Positions 1 through 9,630 of a DNA stretch of 57,897 nucleotides are shown here, piece by piece. How positions within the stretch are numbered: the first letter of the stretch is position 1; every line of letters starts with the position of its first letter. A model generated the notes under the pieces. That model was not told where the DNA came from. It saw only the letters and a list, made by a program, of their open reading frames with translations, and did not search any database. The DNA is from Candidatus Faecimonas intestinavium. Its GTDB lineage: Bacteria; Bacillota_I; Bacilli_A; RF39; UBA660. The DNA is taken from positions 1 through 57,897 of the forward strand of contig DVKL01000013.1 of the NCBI GenBank assembly GCA_018716045.1, written 5' to 3'. Position numbers and translations under genes: made by a program.

Positions 1-695
1 TGATTACTTTGATGCATTTTCTTTTGCTTGATTTTTCTTTTAGTACGTTTTTCTTCTTTTCTTTTTAAATAGCTTTTATTGTACATCCAAATTTCTTGTA
101 AGGTCATAGTCTCTAATTCTAGTTCTGTTAACTCATCTTGAATTCCCATATCTAGATTGGCACAAAATATTCTTTTAAATTTTCTGTGTTTGGGATTTTT
201 GTTCATTTTCCTTAAGTCGCAAAGGTATAAGTCTCTTACTTCTGTTGTTCCTTCTAAAAAAGAAGCAAATCGCTCTTGGCTTGTCTTTTTAATTTCTTCA
301 AATTTCTTTTTTAACATTTCTTCTTGTTGAAGAGCTAAAGCGATTTCATAGCTTCTTTTATATTCTTCTATTACTTGTTTCATTTGTTCTGTGTAAATAT
401 CTGGTAGTATTTCCTCGCTACCTTTCGTATGTAAGTCTTTTTCATATGCTATCTGTATTCTTCCTAAAGCAATATCATAGGGGTGTATTTCCTTTGGAAT
501 TGACCATTCATTTAATATTTTTATTCTTTCTTCTTTTGATGATTCTTTTAGTTTTGTTAATAAGCCTTTTATATAGTCAGGATACTTAAAGTTTTTCTTT
601 TCTATTTCTTTTTGATCTGGGATAGGAAAGACTACTATATATACTATATGGTTAATTTCTACTACGCGATATGCCATTAAAAGTTGTTCTTCCAT
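1..695 (-). CDS. hypothetical protein of at least 231 aa; its C-terminus lies beyond the window edge. Co-oriented, 48 nt downstream of the Y-family polymerase gene
   Basis: Absent from the ORF track because there is no stop in the window. ATG at 695-693 is preceded by a GAGGGGG SD. I checked the frame codon by codon down to base 3 and found no stop. Starts MEEQLLMAYRVVEINHIVYIVVFPIPDQ and has a K/E-rich helical tail. No family recognised. Confidence 0.6.
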   Translation of the reverse strand, partial: MEEQLLMAYRVVEINHIVYIVVFPIPDQKEIEKKNFKYPDYIKGLLTKLKESSKEERIKILNEWSIPKEIHPYDIALGRIQIAYEKDLHTKGSEEILPDIYTEQMKQVIEEYKRSYEIALALQQEEMLKKKFEEIKKTSQERFASFLEGTTEVRDLYLCDLRKMNKNPKHRKFKRIFCANLDMGIQDELTELELETMTLQEIWMYNKSYLKRKEEKRTKRKIKQKKMHQSN

Positions 696-743
696 AGAGT
701 CCCCCTCTCTTGGCGCGTATTATAACACAAAAAAAGGATTTTT

Positions 744-1970
744 TCAATCCTTCATATTTCGTTTGGATTTTGGATTCCCTATAATTTTTAATGATGCCGG
801 AGCAATAATTGATTTTCCAAATTTTTGATTAATATCATCAATTGTTTTTTGTATTTCTTCTTCCTTTTCCTCTTCCTCATTATTTTCTTCGAATAATGTC
901 ATCTGCCTTTCTTTTGTCTCTTGTAAATCTGCAAGTCTTACACCAATTAAACGAATTGGATCTTTTTTGTAACTTTTATTGAATATTTCTATTACTAATT
1001 TATAAATTTCCTTTGTGCTATTTGTTATATGAGGTAATTTTGCTTGCGCAGAATAGTTTCTGAAATCTTTATTTTTATAGATAACCGCTACTGTTTTGGC
1101 ATATTGCTTTTGTTTTCTTAATTCCCTGGTTACATCTTCTGTTTGTCTAAATAAAATATCTTTTAATTTTTCCTCATCTGTATAATCATGGGTCAGAGTC
1201 TCTGTTGTGGAAATACTAGTTGTTTTACTGCTTCTTGGCTCTACTTTTGTATTATCGATTCCCCAGGCTGCTTCTTTTAAATGTTTCGCTTGGTTTTTAA
1301 ATTTTCTTTCTAGCACTTTTTCATTAGCAAAGGCTAAATCTTTTATTGTATAAATATTTAGTTTGTTTAACTCTTCTTTCGTTCTTTTTCCTACCATGAA
1401 TAAGTCCCCTACATCTAGTGGCCATAATTTTTCTTCAATCTCATCTTTTAATAATGTATGGACTTTATCAGGTTTTTCAAAATCAGAAGCCATTTTTGCA
1501 CATAACTTATTATTTCCAATACCTATATTTACTGTGAAACCAAATTTTTCTTTTACTTCTTCTTTTATTTTTATAGCTAGTTGATAGTAATCTTTATATA
1601 AATAATTTGTTCCAGTCATATCTAAGAAACATTCATCAATTGAAAACTTTTCTAACAGTGGGGAATATTGTGATAAATACTCAAAAAGTTTTTTTGATTG
1701 TTCATAATACCAACGATGATTAGGTGGAAAGATTTTTAAATTGGGACATTTCTTTTTTGCTTGATAAATAGTTTCTGCTGTTTTTATTCCCATTTTTTTG
1801 GCTACTGGAGACTTGGCTAAAACTATTCCTCGTCTTTCTGTTTCGGAACCACCGATGATTGCCGGAATTTTCCTAATATCCGTTTTATATCCCTGTTTTA
1901 ATAAAAGTACTGCTGTCCATGATAGAAATGCATTATTTACATCTATATGAAAAATCAATCTTTCCTTCAT
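744..1970 (-). CDS. Y-family (DinB/UmuC-type) translesion DNA polymerase
   Basis: MKERLIFHIDVNNAFLSW N-terminus and SIDECFLDMT catalytic motif, about 408 aa. Start moved from the track start 2075 to ATG 1970, which has a GAGGGT SD. Confidence 0.85.
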   Translation of the reverse strand: MKERLIFHIDVNNAFLSWTAVLLLKQGYKTDIRKIPAIIGGSETERRGIVLAKSPVAKKMGIKTAETIYQAKKKCPNLKIFPPNHRWYYEQSKKLFEYLSQYSPLLEKFSIDECFLDMTGTNYLYKDYYQLAIKIKEEVKEKFGFTVNIGIGNNKLCAKMASDFEKPDKVHTLLKDEIEEKLWPLDVGDLFMVGKRTKEELNKLNIYTIKDLAFANEKVLERKFKNQAKHLKEAAWGIDNTKVEPRSSKTTSISTTETLTHDYTDEEKLKDILFRQTEDVTRELRKQKQYAKTVAVIYKNKDFRNYSAQAKLPHITNSTKEIYKLVIEIFNKSYKKDPIRLIGVRLADLQETKERQMTLFEENNEEEEKEEEIQKTIDDINQKFGKSIIAPASLKIIGNPKSKRNMKD

Positions 1971-2040
1971 ATTTACCCTCACTTTTATCCTTATTATAAT
2001 GAAGTTTCCTTTTTCACGCAATCGAACAACGGTGGTTTTT

Positions 2041-2050
2041 AGAATATTCT
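2041..2050. promoter_or_regulatory. perfect 10-bp palindrome AGAATATTCT in the divergent polymerase/XRE intergenic region (candidate operator)
   Basis: Read directly from the sequence. It lies between a minus-strand TTGCGT-17-TATAAT promoter candidate (about 2000-2030) and the XRE start at 2087. Confidence 0.3.
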
Positions 2051-2086
2051 TTAAAAAACAAAACATACTAATCATATGGTGATGAT

Positions 2087-2383
2087 ATGAATCGAGACGA
2101 GAGAAATTTATATGAATTATATTTTAAGAAAATAGTTATTGAACATATTCGGGATGCTAGAATTGCTAAAGGCTGGACACAGGCACGACTTGCTGATGCG
2201 ATTGATGTTTCTCATGAATTTGTACGTTCTTTAGAATCTTTAAAAGGCCAAAATACTTTTTCCGCTTTTACTGCATGGAGAATATCAAAAGCATTAAATG
2301 TTAGTTTAGATGATTTATTAGAATTTGATATGGAACAGTTTCGTCCTATTATAGAAAAAGCAATGCAAGAAAAGATTTCTTAG
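2087..2383 (+). CDS. XRE-family helix-turn-helix transcriptional regulator (98 aa)
   Basis: HTH motif GWTQARLADAIDVSHEFVRSLE. No peptidase S24 domain. Divergent from the polymerase. Confidence 0.8.
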   Translation: MNRDERNLYELYFKKIVIEHIRDARIAKGWTQARLADAIDVSHEFVRSLESLKGQNTFSAFTAWRISKALNVSLDDLLEFDMEQFRPIIEKAMQEKIS

Positions 2384-2391
2384 CATTGCTT

Positions 2392-3894
2392 TTATTTTTC
2401 TATTAGACTTACCCCTGTCATTTCCTCCGGTTTTTCTATATTCATCAAATCTAATATTGTTGGAGCTATATCTCCTAATTTTCCTTCATGAAGTTTAAGT
2501 CCTTGTTCTGTAATAATAAATGGTACAGGGTTCGTTGTATGAGATGTTACTATATTATCATTATCATCTAACATTTCTTCACAATTACCATGGTCAGCAG
2601 TAACAATTAAAATCCCACCTAGTTCCATTATTTTATCATAGATTAGTTTCAAATTTTTATCTACAGTTTCTACTGCTTTGATTGCTGCTTCTAATACCCC
2701 TGTGTGGCCTACCATATCTCCATTTGCGAAATTCAAAATTACTAAATCTGTATTAGGTAATTCTTTTAATAGATTTTCTGTTACTTCATCAGCACTCATT
2801 TCTGGTTTTAAGTCATAAGTTGCAACTTTAGGAGAAGGTATTAATACTTTCTTTTCGTTTTTATAATCTACTTCTTTTCCTCCATCAAAGAAGAAGGTTA
2901 CATGAGCATACTTTTCGGTTTCAGCGATTCTTAATTGAGATAAGTTTTGCTTTTCAATATATTCTCCTAAAATATTTGTTAATACTGGATCACTAAAGGC
3001 ATGTGGGGCTTTTACAGATTCTACAACTGGCATCATAGTTAATGTCTTTACATTGTTAAAATGAACAGTTTCCATATCTACTGCCGTTGGATTAGTTATA
3101 GCTGTGAAGAGTTCTCGTAATCTATCCTTTCTAAAATTGAAAGCAATGATTCCGTCATTTTCTTCTACATTTCCATCTTCAACAAACTTAGCTGGTAAGA
3201 AGAACTCATCTATAATTTCATTTTTATAACTATTTTCGATATATTCTCTTGGTGAATTTTCTATGTCTCCTTTGTTATTTACAATAACATCATACGCTTT
3301 TATTAGTCTGTCATAGTTGTTATCTCTATCCATAGCGTAATATCTTCCTGAAATAGAGGCAATTTGGCCAAAACCTAATTCTTTTAATTTTTCTTCTACT
3401 TTTTCTATATAAGTATAAGCACTTTTTGGAGGTACATCACGTCCATCTGTAAATAAATGGAGATATACATTAGTTACCCCTTCAAGTTTACACATGTCTA
3501 GTAGTGCTAGTAAATGATTTATATGAGAATGCACTCCTCCATCACTTATAAGTCCCATTAAGTGTAGATTAGAGTCATTTTCTTTTACGTGATGCATTAC
3601 TTTTTTTATTTCCTCATTTTGGAAAAATTCTTTATCTTCAATTGATTTATTGATTAGTTCTAGTGGTTGATAAACAATTCTACCAGCTCCTATGTTCATA
3701 TGTCCTACTTCACTATTTCCCATCTGTCCTTTAGGAAGCCCTACTAGTTGTCCAGACGCGGTTAAAGTTGTATGCGGATAAGTATTCCATAATTCTGTAA
3801 ATATCGGGTTTTTCGCTAACGCTACTGCATTTCCATGGGTTTCTTCTCTTAGTCCATATCCATCTAATATTGCTAATACAATTGGCTTTTTCAT
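2392..3894 (-). CDS. gpmI: 2,3-bisphosphoglycerate-independent phosphoglycerate mutase
   Basis: 500 aa. PIVLAILDGYG, GNSEVGHMNIGAGR and ADHGN motifs typical of iPGM. Confidence 0.95.
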   Translation of the reverse strand: MKKPIVLAILDGYGLREETHGNAVALAKNPIFTELWNTYPHTTLTASGQLVGLPKGQMGNSEVGHMNIGAGRIVYQPLELINKSIEDKEFFQNEEIKKVMHHVKENDSNLHLMGLISDGGVHSHINHLLALLDMCKLEGVTNVYLHLFTDGRDVPPKSAYTYIEKVEEKLKELGFGQIASISGRYYAMDRDNNYDRLIKAYDVIVNNKGDIENSPREYIENSYKNEIIDEFFLPAKFVEDGNVEENDGIIAFNFRKDRLRELFTAITNPTAVDMETVHFNNVKTLTMMPVVESVKAPHAFSDPVLTNILGEYIEKQNLSQLRIAETEKYAHVTFFFDGGKEVDYKNEKKVLIPSPKVATYDLKPEMSADEVTENLLKELPNTDLVILNFANGDMVGHTGVLEAAIKAVETVDKNLKLIYDKIMELGGILIVTADHGNCEEMLDDNDNIVTSHTTNPVPFIITEQGLKLHEGKLGDIAPTILDLMNIEKPEEMTGVSLIEK

Positions 3895-3906
3895 ATCATC
3901 GTCTCC

Positions 3907-5184
3907 TTACATTCTATTGTCATTTAAACAAAACATTGCATAAATTGGGATATATCTAACATCTTTTTTAGTTGCAAAATTATTTTCTGTTACACGATAT
4001 GCTTCAGTTACTGTAAACTTTTTCATAAATACTGATAAAGATTTTGCTTTAGAGTCTGATTTTGTAATTAGTTCTATCGGGATGATTTTACCCATTCTAT
4101 TTTGAATTACAAAATTAACTTCTGCTTTTCCTTCAGATTGATAATAGTATAGGGCATATCCCGCTTCCGCTAATGCTTTCGCAATACTATTTTCATATAA
4201 TATTTCTTTTATCTTTTCATCGCTCAGTAGTTGTTTTAAGGTTACGTGCAACATTGAGAATAACAGCCCATCATCTGGTAAATATAATTTAAAACTATCT
4301 GTTTCTCGGCAACTACTAAGCGGAGATTTTACTGTAGATATCTTATAGCTCCTATAAACAATTTGGTTGTTTACCAAGAAGTTAATTGTACTGTCATATT
4401 CTTTTGCTCTTCTTCCTGTACCGATTACTCCGTATTGAAATTTTTTATTTTCCTTTTTTAGTTGCTCTGGAAGAGATTCTATTACTTCTAGACCTCTTGG
4501 TATATCAATTAATGTTTTACAAGAAATGAGTTCTCTTTCATATACTTCTAAAATTTTTTGTTTAATGATATCGATTTCTTGTTCACTCTTACCCGATAAG
4601 TTAGCATCTACTACTTCAGGCAATCCTCCGGTCATTAAGTATTCTTGAAATAATTCTAAAGCTAATTTATGGAATGGGCAAGTTTTATGTTTTGTAAATG
4701 ATTCACGAATTAGTTCTGCTAAAGCTTTTTCATTTTTTGCCCATAAGAATTCTTCAAAATCCATTTCGTTCATACCTTTAAATTGTAATTCTTCTCCTTT
4801 AAAAAGAGTTAAATTTTCTCTACGTGAAGTAATAGCAATCATATGATATTTGCTATGTTCACTGCCAAATAACTTTAATCCTTTTATTATTTCAAGATTA
4901 TTTACATTATCAAAAATAATTAAAGTGTCCTCTGGCAGTATTGTTTCCCCTGATAGAAGTGATAAATTTAAGATTAAACGTTCTGTGGATTTTTCGCGAA
5001 CAAATAGATCTTCTAATGGCTTATTGTTACTCGTATTAAAATAGATTGTGTTTTTATAATTTGTTTTGCCAAAGTCTAAGGCAGAATAACTTTTTCCTAC
5101 TTGTTTTGGTCCATATAAGATTAAGGGTTTTCTAATAATATCTTTTTGCCACTTTTGCAGGAATTTTTCTATTTTTCGTTCCAT
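3907..5184 (-). CDS. AAA-type ATPase with a C-terminal DUF4143-like domain
   Basis: Walker A GPKQVGKS and Walker B LIIFDNV, 425 aa. The family name is from memory of the architecture and was not searched. Confidence 0.65.
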   Translation of the reverse strand: MERKIEKFLQKWQKDIIRKPLILYGPKQVGKSYSALDFGKTNYKNTIYFNTSNNKPLEDLFVREKSTERLILNLSLLSGETILPEDTLIIFDNVNNLEIIKGLKLFGSEHSKYHMIAITSRRENLTLFKGEELQFKGMNEMDFEEFLWAKNEKALAELIRESFTKHKTCPFHKLALELFQEYLMTGGLPEVVDANLSGKSEQEIDIIKQKILEVYERELISCKTLIDIPRGLEVIESLPEQLKKENKKFQYGVIGTGRRAKEYDSTINFLVNNQIVYRSYKISTVKSPLSSCRETDSFKLYLPDDGLLFSMLHVTLKQLLSDEKIKEILYENSIAKALAEAGYALYYYQSEGKAEVNFVIQNRMGKIIPIELITKSDSKAKSLSVFMKKFTVTEAYRVTENNFATKKDVRYIPIYAMFCLNDNRM

Positions 5185-5252
5185 ATTTTGTATCCTCCTT
5201 ACACATTTTCTAAATTAAGTATACTTTTTTTCCTTGCAAAAGTCAACCGAGA

Positions 5253-5278
5253 AAGAAAAAAAGACGCTATTCGTCTTT
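5253..5278 (-). terminator. rho-independent terminator after spo0A
   Basis: AAAGACG-ctatt-CGTCTTT hairpin overlapping the stop codon, followed by a T7 run on the minus strand. Confidence 0.6.
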
Positions 5279-6050
5279 AATTAGCTAATGGTTTACTAAA
5301 TTCTAATCTTAACTTGTCCGCTACTGTAATAATGAATTCTGAATTTGTTGGCTTTGCTTTATCAATATCTACACTATGTCCAAATATCTCTTCCATCAAG
5401 TCCCAGTTACCTCTATTCCAACTTACTTCGATAGCATGTCTTATAGCTCTTTCTACACGAGATACTGTGGTATTAAATCTTTTAGCGACTTCTGGATATA
5501 ACTCTTTTGTAATTCCACCAACAATTTCCGGTCGTTCATACACTAAAGAAATGCTTTCTCTAATGTATTGATAGCCTTTAATATGAGATGGTACACCTAA
5601 TTCATGTAGTGTTTTGGTTATAGCTATCTGTAGATTATTATGATATACATCTATTTCTTTACCACCAAATTTTACTCCTGCTGCTACTTCTAATATTCTC
5701 TTTTCTAAATCTTCTAACTCAAATGGTTTTAATATAAAGTAATTTACCCCTAGCTCAGAAACTTTACGAATCATATCTTGTGTATTATAAGAAGTTAATA
5801 CAATTACTTTCTTATCGATTGATTTCTTTTTCATATATTCCAGTACTGCAATTCCATCTTTATTAGGCATAATTAGGTCTAATAGAATGATATCATACTC
5901 TTCCTGTTTCTTTTCTATCAAACGAATTCCCTCTGCACCATCATAAGCTTCTAGTGAAATTGTGACTTCGGGACGTTCTTTAAAATATTCCTTAATCATT
6001 TCTACTAAACTCTTATTATCGTCTACTACTAATACTCTTGTCTTTTTCAT
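5277..6050 (-). CDS. spo0A: sporulation master response regulator Spo0A
   Basis: REC domain (VLVVDDN, LLDLIMP). Hallmark Spo0A C-terminal domain: [42 protein letters not shown]. Start set to ATG 6050 (AGGAGAA SD). Confidence 0.9.
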   Translation of the reverse strand: MKKTRVLVVDDNKSLVEMIKEYFKERPEVTISLEAYDGAEGIRLIEKKQEEYDIILLDLIMPNKDGIAVLEYMKKKSIDKKVIVLTSYNTQDMIRKVSELGVNYFILKPFELEDLEKRILEVAAGVKFGGKEIDVYHNNLQIAITKTLHELGVPSHIKGYQYIRESISLVYERPEIVGGITKELYPEVAKRFNTTVSRVERAIRHAIEVSWNRGNWDLMEEIFGHSVDIDKAKPTNSEFIITVADKLRLEFSKPLAN

Positions 6051-6112
6051 TTGTTCTCCTCTCAGTACTGCACGTATTTTCATTATATACTAGCTTTCTT
6101 AAAAATGATAGA

Positions 6113-6134
6113 GAAAAAAAAGACAAGTTTTGTC
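6113..6134 (-). terminator. terminator after tpiA
   Basis: GACAA-gtt-TTGTC hairpin followed by T8 on the minus strand. Confidence 0.5.
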
Positions 6135-6137
6135 GAA
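6131..6137 (+). promoter_or_regulatory. perfect Spo0A box (TGTCGAA) about 85 bp upstream of the spo0A start
   Basis: Exact 7-mer match to the canonical 0A box in the tpiA-spo0A intergenic region. Confidence 0.45.
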
Positions 6138-6151
6138 ACTGTCTAATTTGT

Positions 6152-6853
6152 CTAATTTTCTAATTTTTCTAAAAAGATTTTTAATTGGGCAGGTTTTAAA
6201 CTCAAACCACCTAATAAGTATCCATCTATTATAGATATTTTTCTTAATTCTTCTATGTTTTTCTCATTGGCACTTCCACCATATAACACTTTATTATCAG
6301 GAAGATATTTTTTGATTAGTTTTATAATTTCCTCTATCTCTACATTTGTTGGAGTTAGTCCCGTACCGATTGCCCATATTGGTTCATATGCAATAATTAT
6401 TTTTTTTCTTATTTCTTCGTTTAAACCACTAATTGCTTTTTCTATTTCGTTTATGATTACTTCATTCTGTTGATTATTTTCTCTTTCTTCTTTGGACTCC
6501 CCAATACATAAAATGGGAATTATTTCTTCACGTAATAGATTTTTAACTTTTTCATTAATTTCTTTGTTCGTTTCTTGTTGATATTTTCTTCTTTCTGAAT
6601 GACCTACAATACAATATTTTACTTCCATTGATTTTAATTGTGATGCCGATACTTCTCCAGTATAAGCTCCACATTCTGTACTACTTACATTTTGAGCTCC
6701 TAATTCTATATTTGATAAATTTGCTACTCCAATAAATATATTCGTAGGGCATAGTATTATTTTTGAACTTTTTTCTATTGTTTCTAATTCTTTTTGATAA
6801 GTTAGAAAGTCTTCTTTTTTTAAATTACATTTATTATTTAATGCTATGATCAT
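6152..6853 (-). CDS. tpiA: triosephosphate isomerase
   Basis: VGHSERR and AYEPIWAIGTG motifs, 233 aa. Confidence 0.95.
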   Translation of the reverse strand: MIIALNNKCNLKKEDFLTYQKELETIEKSSKIILCPTNIFIGVANLSNIELGAQNVSSTECGAYTGEVSASQLKSMEVKYCIVGHSERRKYQQETNKEINEKVKNLLREEIIPILCIGESKEERENNQQNEVIINEIEKAISGLNEEIRKKIIIAYEPIWAIGTGLTPTNVEIEEIIKLIKKYLPDNKVLYGGSANEKNIEELRKISIIDGYLLGGLSLKPAQLKIFLEKLEN

Positions 6854-6867
6854 TTTATCAATTCCTT

Positions 6868-7362
6868 CTACATTTGATAAGCGCTATTTTTCTCTATATT
6901 TCTTGACTTCATATATATTTGCATTCCAGACTCTACTCCTAAATCCTCAAATCCATGATTAGAAAAATATGTTGTTGGAATCCGAGTTCCTTCTTCTTGT
7001 AGTAACACCACTTCCTCCATACCTAAAGTAGTAAATGCAAAATTTTCAGCTTCTTGTAACATTTTTTCTTGCCATTTTGAGGAAGCTGTATTATCTATTG
7101 TCATTTGACACACTTTTCTATCTTTTTCTCCCATTAAATGGGCTACTGTTATTATCTGTTCATCACTTTGAATAAATAAGGTTTTCAAAATCTCTGGTCG
7201 TTCTTGTTCTAGCTGTTTATAGTCAATTTCAGACATCATATTTCTTGTCTTTTGCAAATATTCTGAAGTTGAATTCTTTAAACCGTTTCTAGTTTCATAC
7301 TCTTCTATTAATTTTATATGTTCATTATTATATGGACTGGCAACAACCACTTGTTCTCTCAT
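6868..7362 (-). CDS. hypothetical protein, possibly a degenerate GNAT-like fold, inserted between pgk and tpiA
   Basis: 164 aa. The C-terminal part (AENFAFTTLGMEEVVLL...YFSNHGFEDLG) resembles the GNAT beta4-alpha3-beta5 region but lacks a clear Q/RxxGxG/A loop. The start abuts the pgk stop (7362/7364). Confidence 0.4.
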   Translation of the reverse strand: MREQVVVASPYNNEHIKLIEEYETRNGLKNSTSEYLQKTRNMMSEIDYKQLEQERPEILKTLFIQSDEQIITVAHLMGEKDRKVCQMTIDNTASSKWQEKMLQEAENFAFTTLGMEEVVLLQEEGTRIPTTYFSNHGFEDLGVESGMQIYMKSRNIEKNSAYQM

Positions 7363-7363
7363 T

Positions 7364-8542
7364 TTACTTTATAGCTTCCAATCCTGGTAGAGTTTTTCCT
7401 TCTAGATATTCTAATGTGGCTCCCCCTCCGGTAGAAGCATGGTAAACTTTATCTTTATATCCTGAAGTAGAGGCTGCGGCAACAATATCTCCTCCACCTA
7501 ATATAACTTTAATATTATTATCTACTATAAATTGTAAAATATGATTCGTTCCTTGTTTATACTTTTCAAATTCATATACTCCTAAAGGACCATTCCAAAC
7601 AGCAATTTTAGCATCTTTTAGATAGTTTTCAAATAAAGACTCCGTATTAGGTCCAATGTCTAATCCCATTTCGTTATATTCCAAATCACTAATATCTTTT
7701 ACTTTGTACTCTTCCTTTTCACTATATTCTGTTGTTATAGCAACATCTACTGGTAGTACAATTTTGTTTGGATATTCTTTTACAATGTTTTTACAGAATT
7801 CTATGTTTTCTTCATCTAATAAAGAGTTTCCTATTTCATACCCTTCTGCTTTTAAGAATGTGAAAGCCATTCCTCCACCAATTAAAATTTTGTCTGCTGT
7901 TTTTACTAGATTTTCAATTACACCAATTTTATCCGCTACCTTTGCACCACCTAGTACGACTATAAATGGATGCTCTGGATTATCTAATTCTTTTAGAGCG
8001 GTTAATTCTTTTTCAATTAGAAAACCTATACAAGATTCTAGATGAGAAGCTATTCCTACATTAGATGCATGTGCTCTATGAATTGTACCAAAAGCATCAT
8101 TAACAAATACGTCACCTAGAGATGCCCAGTACTTTCCTAACTCTGGATCATTTTTACTTTCTTTTTTGCCATCTAAGTCTTCATATCTTGTATTTTGTAC
8201 TAAGATTACATCTTTTTCTTTCATGTTGTTAATAGCATTTTCTAACTTTTCTCCACGAGTCTCTTCAATGAATGTTACTGACTGATTTAATAATTCTTCT
8301 AATCTTTTAGCAACAGGAGCTAAATTATTTTTTGCTAAATCTGCTTCTTCTTTTACTCTTCCTAAATGTGAGAATAAAATTACTTTTGCATTATTATCCA
8401 ACGCGTATTGAATCGTAGGCAATGCTGCAGTAATTCTTGTATCATCTACTATTTTTCCTTCTTTCATTGGAACGTTAAAGTCACAACGAATTAATACTTT
8501 TTTATTTTCTAAATTTATATCTTTTATTGTCTTCATGGCCAT
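7364..8542 (-). CDS. pgk: phosphoglycerate kinase
   Basis: 392 aa. RCDFNVP, SHLGRV and GGGDIVAA motifs. Confidence 0.95.
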   Translation of the reverse strand: MAMKTIKDINLENKKVLIRCDFNVPMKEGKIVDDTRITAALPTIQYALDNNAKVILFSHLGRVKEEADLAKNNLAPVAKRLEELLNQSVTFIEETRGEKLENAINNMKEKDVILVQNTRYEDLDGKKESKNDPELGKYWASLGDVFVNDAFGTIHRAHASNVGIASHLESCIGFLIEKELTALKELDNPEHPFIVVLGGAKVADKIGVIENLVKTADKILIGGGMAFTFLKAEGYEIGNSLLDEENIEFCKNIVKEYPNKIVLPVDVAITTEYSEKEEYKVKDISDLEYNEMGLDIGPNTESLFENYLKDAKIAVWNGPLGVYEFEKYKQGTNHILQFIVDNNIKVILGGGDIVAAASTSGYKDKVYHASTGGGATLEYLEGKTLPGLEAIK

Positions 8543-8605
8543 CTTCTCCTATCTATATTCAGTATATCATTTTTTTTAATGAAAAAAAAGAAGTTGCCTT
8601 CTTTT

Positions 8606-9610
8606 TTATTGCTCCATTAAGTATTTAGCAGTTCTTACCATTTGTGCAGTATAACTCATTTCGTTGTCATACCAAGAAACAACTCTTGCTAATTGTTTTC
8701 CTTCTACCTCTAGAACACTAGTTGACAATCCATCTACTAATGAACCGCAATGTCTTCCAATTACATCACTTGAAACAATTGGATCATCTGTATATTGTAA
8801 TGTTTCATTTTGTGCACCTTTTAATACTGCATTAATTTCTTCTGCAGTTGTATTCTTTTCAAATTCAAGAACTAAATCAATTACTGATCCTGTTGGTACA
8901 GGCACACGCATTGCTGCTCCATCTAATTTTCCGTCTAAGTTAGGGCAAACTTTTCCAATTGCAGATGCTGCTCCAGTTGATGCTGGAACGATATTAGCAG
9001 CACATGCTCTACCACGACGTGCTTTAATTCCCTTTTTATGAGGAACATCTAAAGTAGCTTGATCGTTTGTATAGGCATGAACTGTAGTCATATATCCCTT
9101 TACAATACCGAATGCTTTATCTAATACATCCACTACTGGTGCAAGACAGTTAGTAGTACAGCTTGCCGCTGAGATTATCTTTTCATCTCCTTTTAAAATC
9201 ATATGATTAACATTATAAACGATTGTTTTTATATCTCCTTTTGCAGGTGCAGAGATAATTACTTTTTTAGCTCCTGCATTGATGTGTGCCATTGCTTTTT
9301 CTTCTGATGTAAATTTACCAGTACATTCTAATACTACATCAATATTTAAATCTCTCCATGGTAAATTTGCAGGGTCTGTTTCAGCATAAATCTTTATGCT
9401 TCTATCACCTACTACAATATTGTCACCTTCACTATGAATTTCATCAATTCTATAGTTTCTATGATTTGTATCATACTTTAATAAATATGCTAATTGTTCA
9501 GCATCTGTTAAGTCGTTAATTGCTACAACTTCAAATTCTGGATCTTCTTCCATTAAACGAAATGCAAGTCTTCCGATTCTTCCGAATCCATTAATTGCAA
9601 CTCTTACCAT
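8606..9610 (-). CDS. gap: glyceraldehyde-3-phosphate dehydrogenase
   Basis: INGFGRIGR and SCTTNCLAP active-site motifs, 334 aa. Confidence 0.95.
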   Translation of the reverse strand: MVRVAINGFGRIGRLAFRLMEEDPEFEVVAINDLTDAEQLAYLLKYDTNHRNYRIDEIHSEGDNIVVGDRSIKIYAETDPANLPWRDLNIDVVLECTGKFTSEEKAMAHINAGAKKVIISAPAKGDIKTIVYNVNHMILKGDEKIISAASCTTNCLAPVVDVLDKAFGIVKGYMTTVHAYTNDQATLDVPHKKGIKARRGRACAANIVPASTGAASAIGKVCPNLDGKLDGAAMRVPVPTGSVIDLVLEFEKNTTAEEINAVLKGAQNETLQYTDDPIVSSDVIGRHCGSLVDGLSTSVLEVEGKQLARVVSWYDNEMSYTAQMVRTAKYLMEQ

Positions 9611-9630
9611 ATAATCCCTCCTTTATTCTC

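Noticed and set aside
2021-2036. LexA box upstream of the Y-family polymerase (CGAACAACGGTGG)
   Set aside because: Only one half-site (CGAAC) is intact and the other half has 2 of 4 mismatches. It is kept only as a remark in the polymerase finding.
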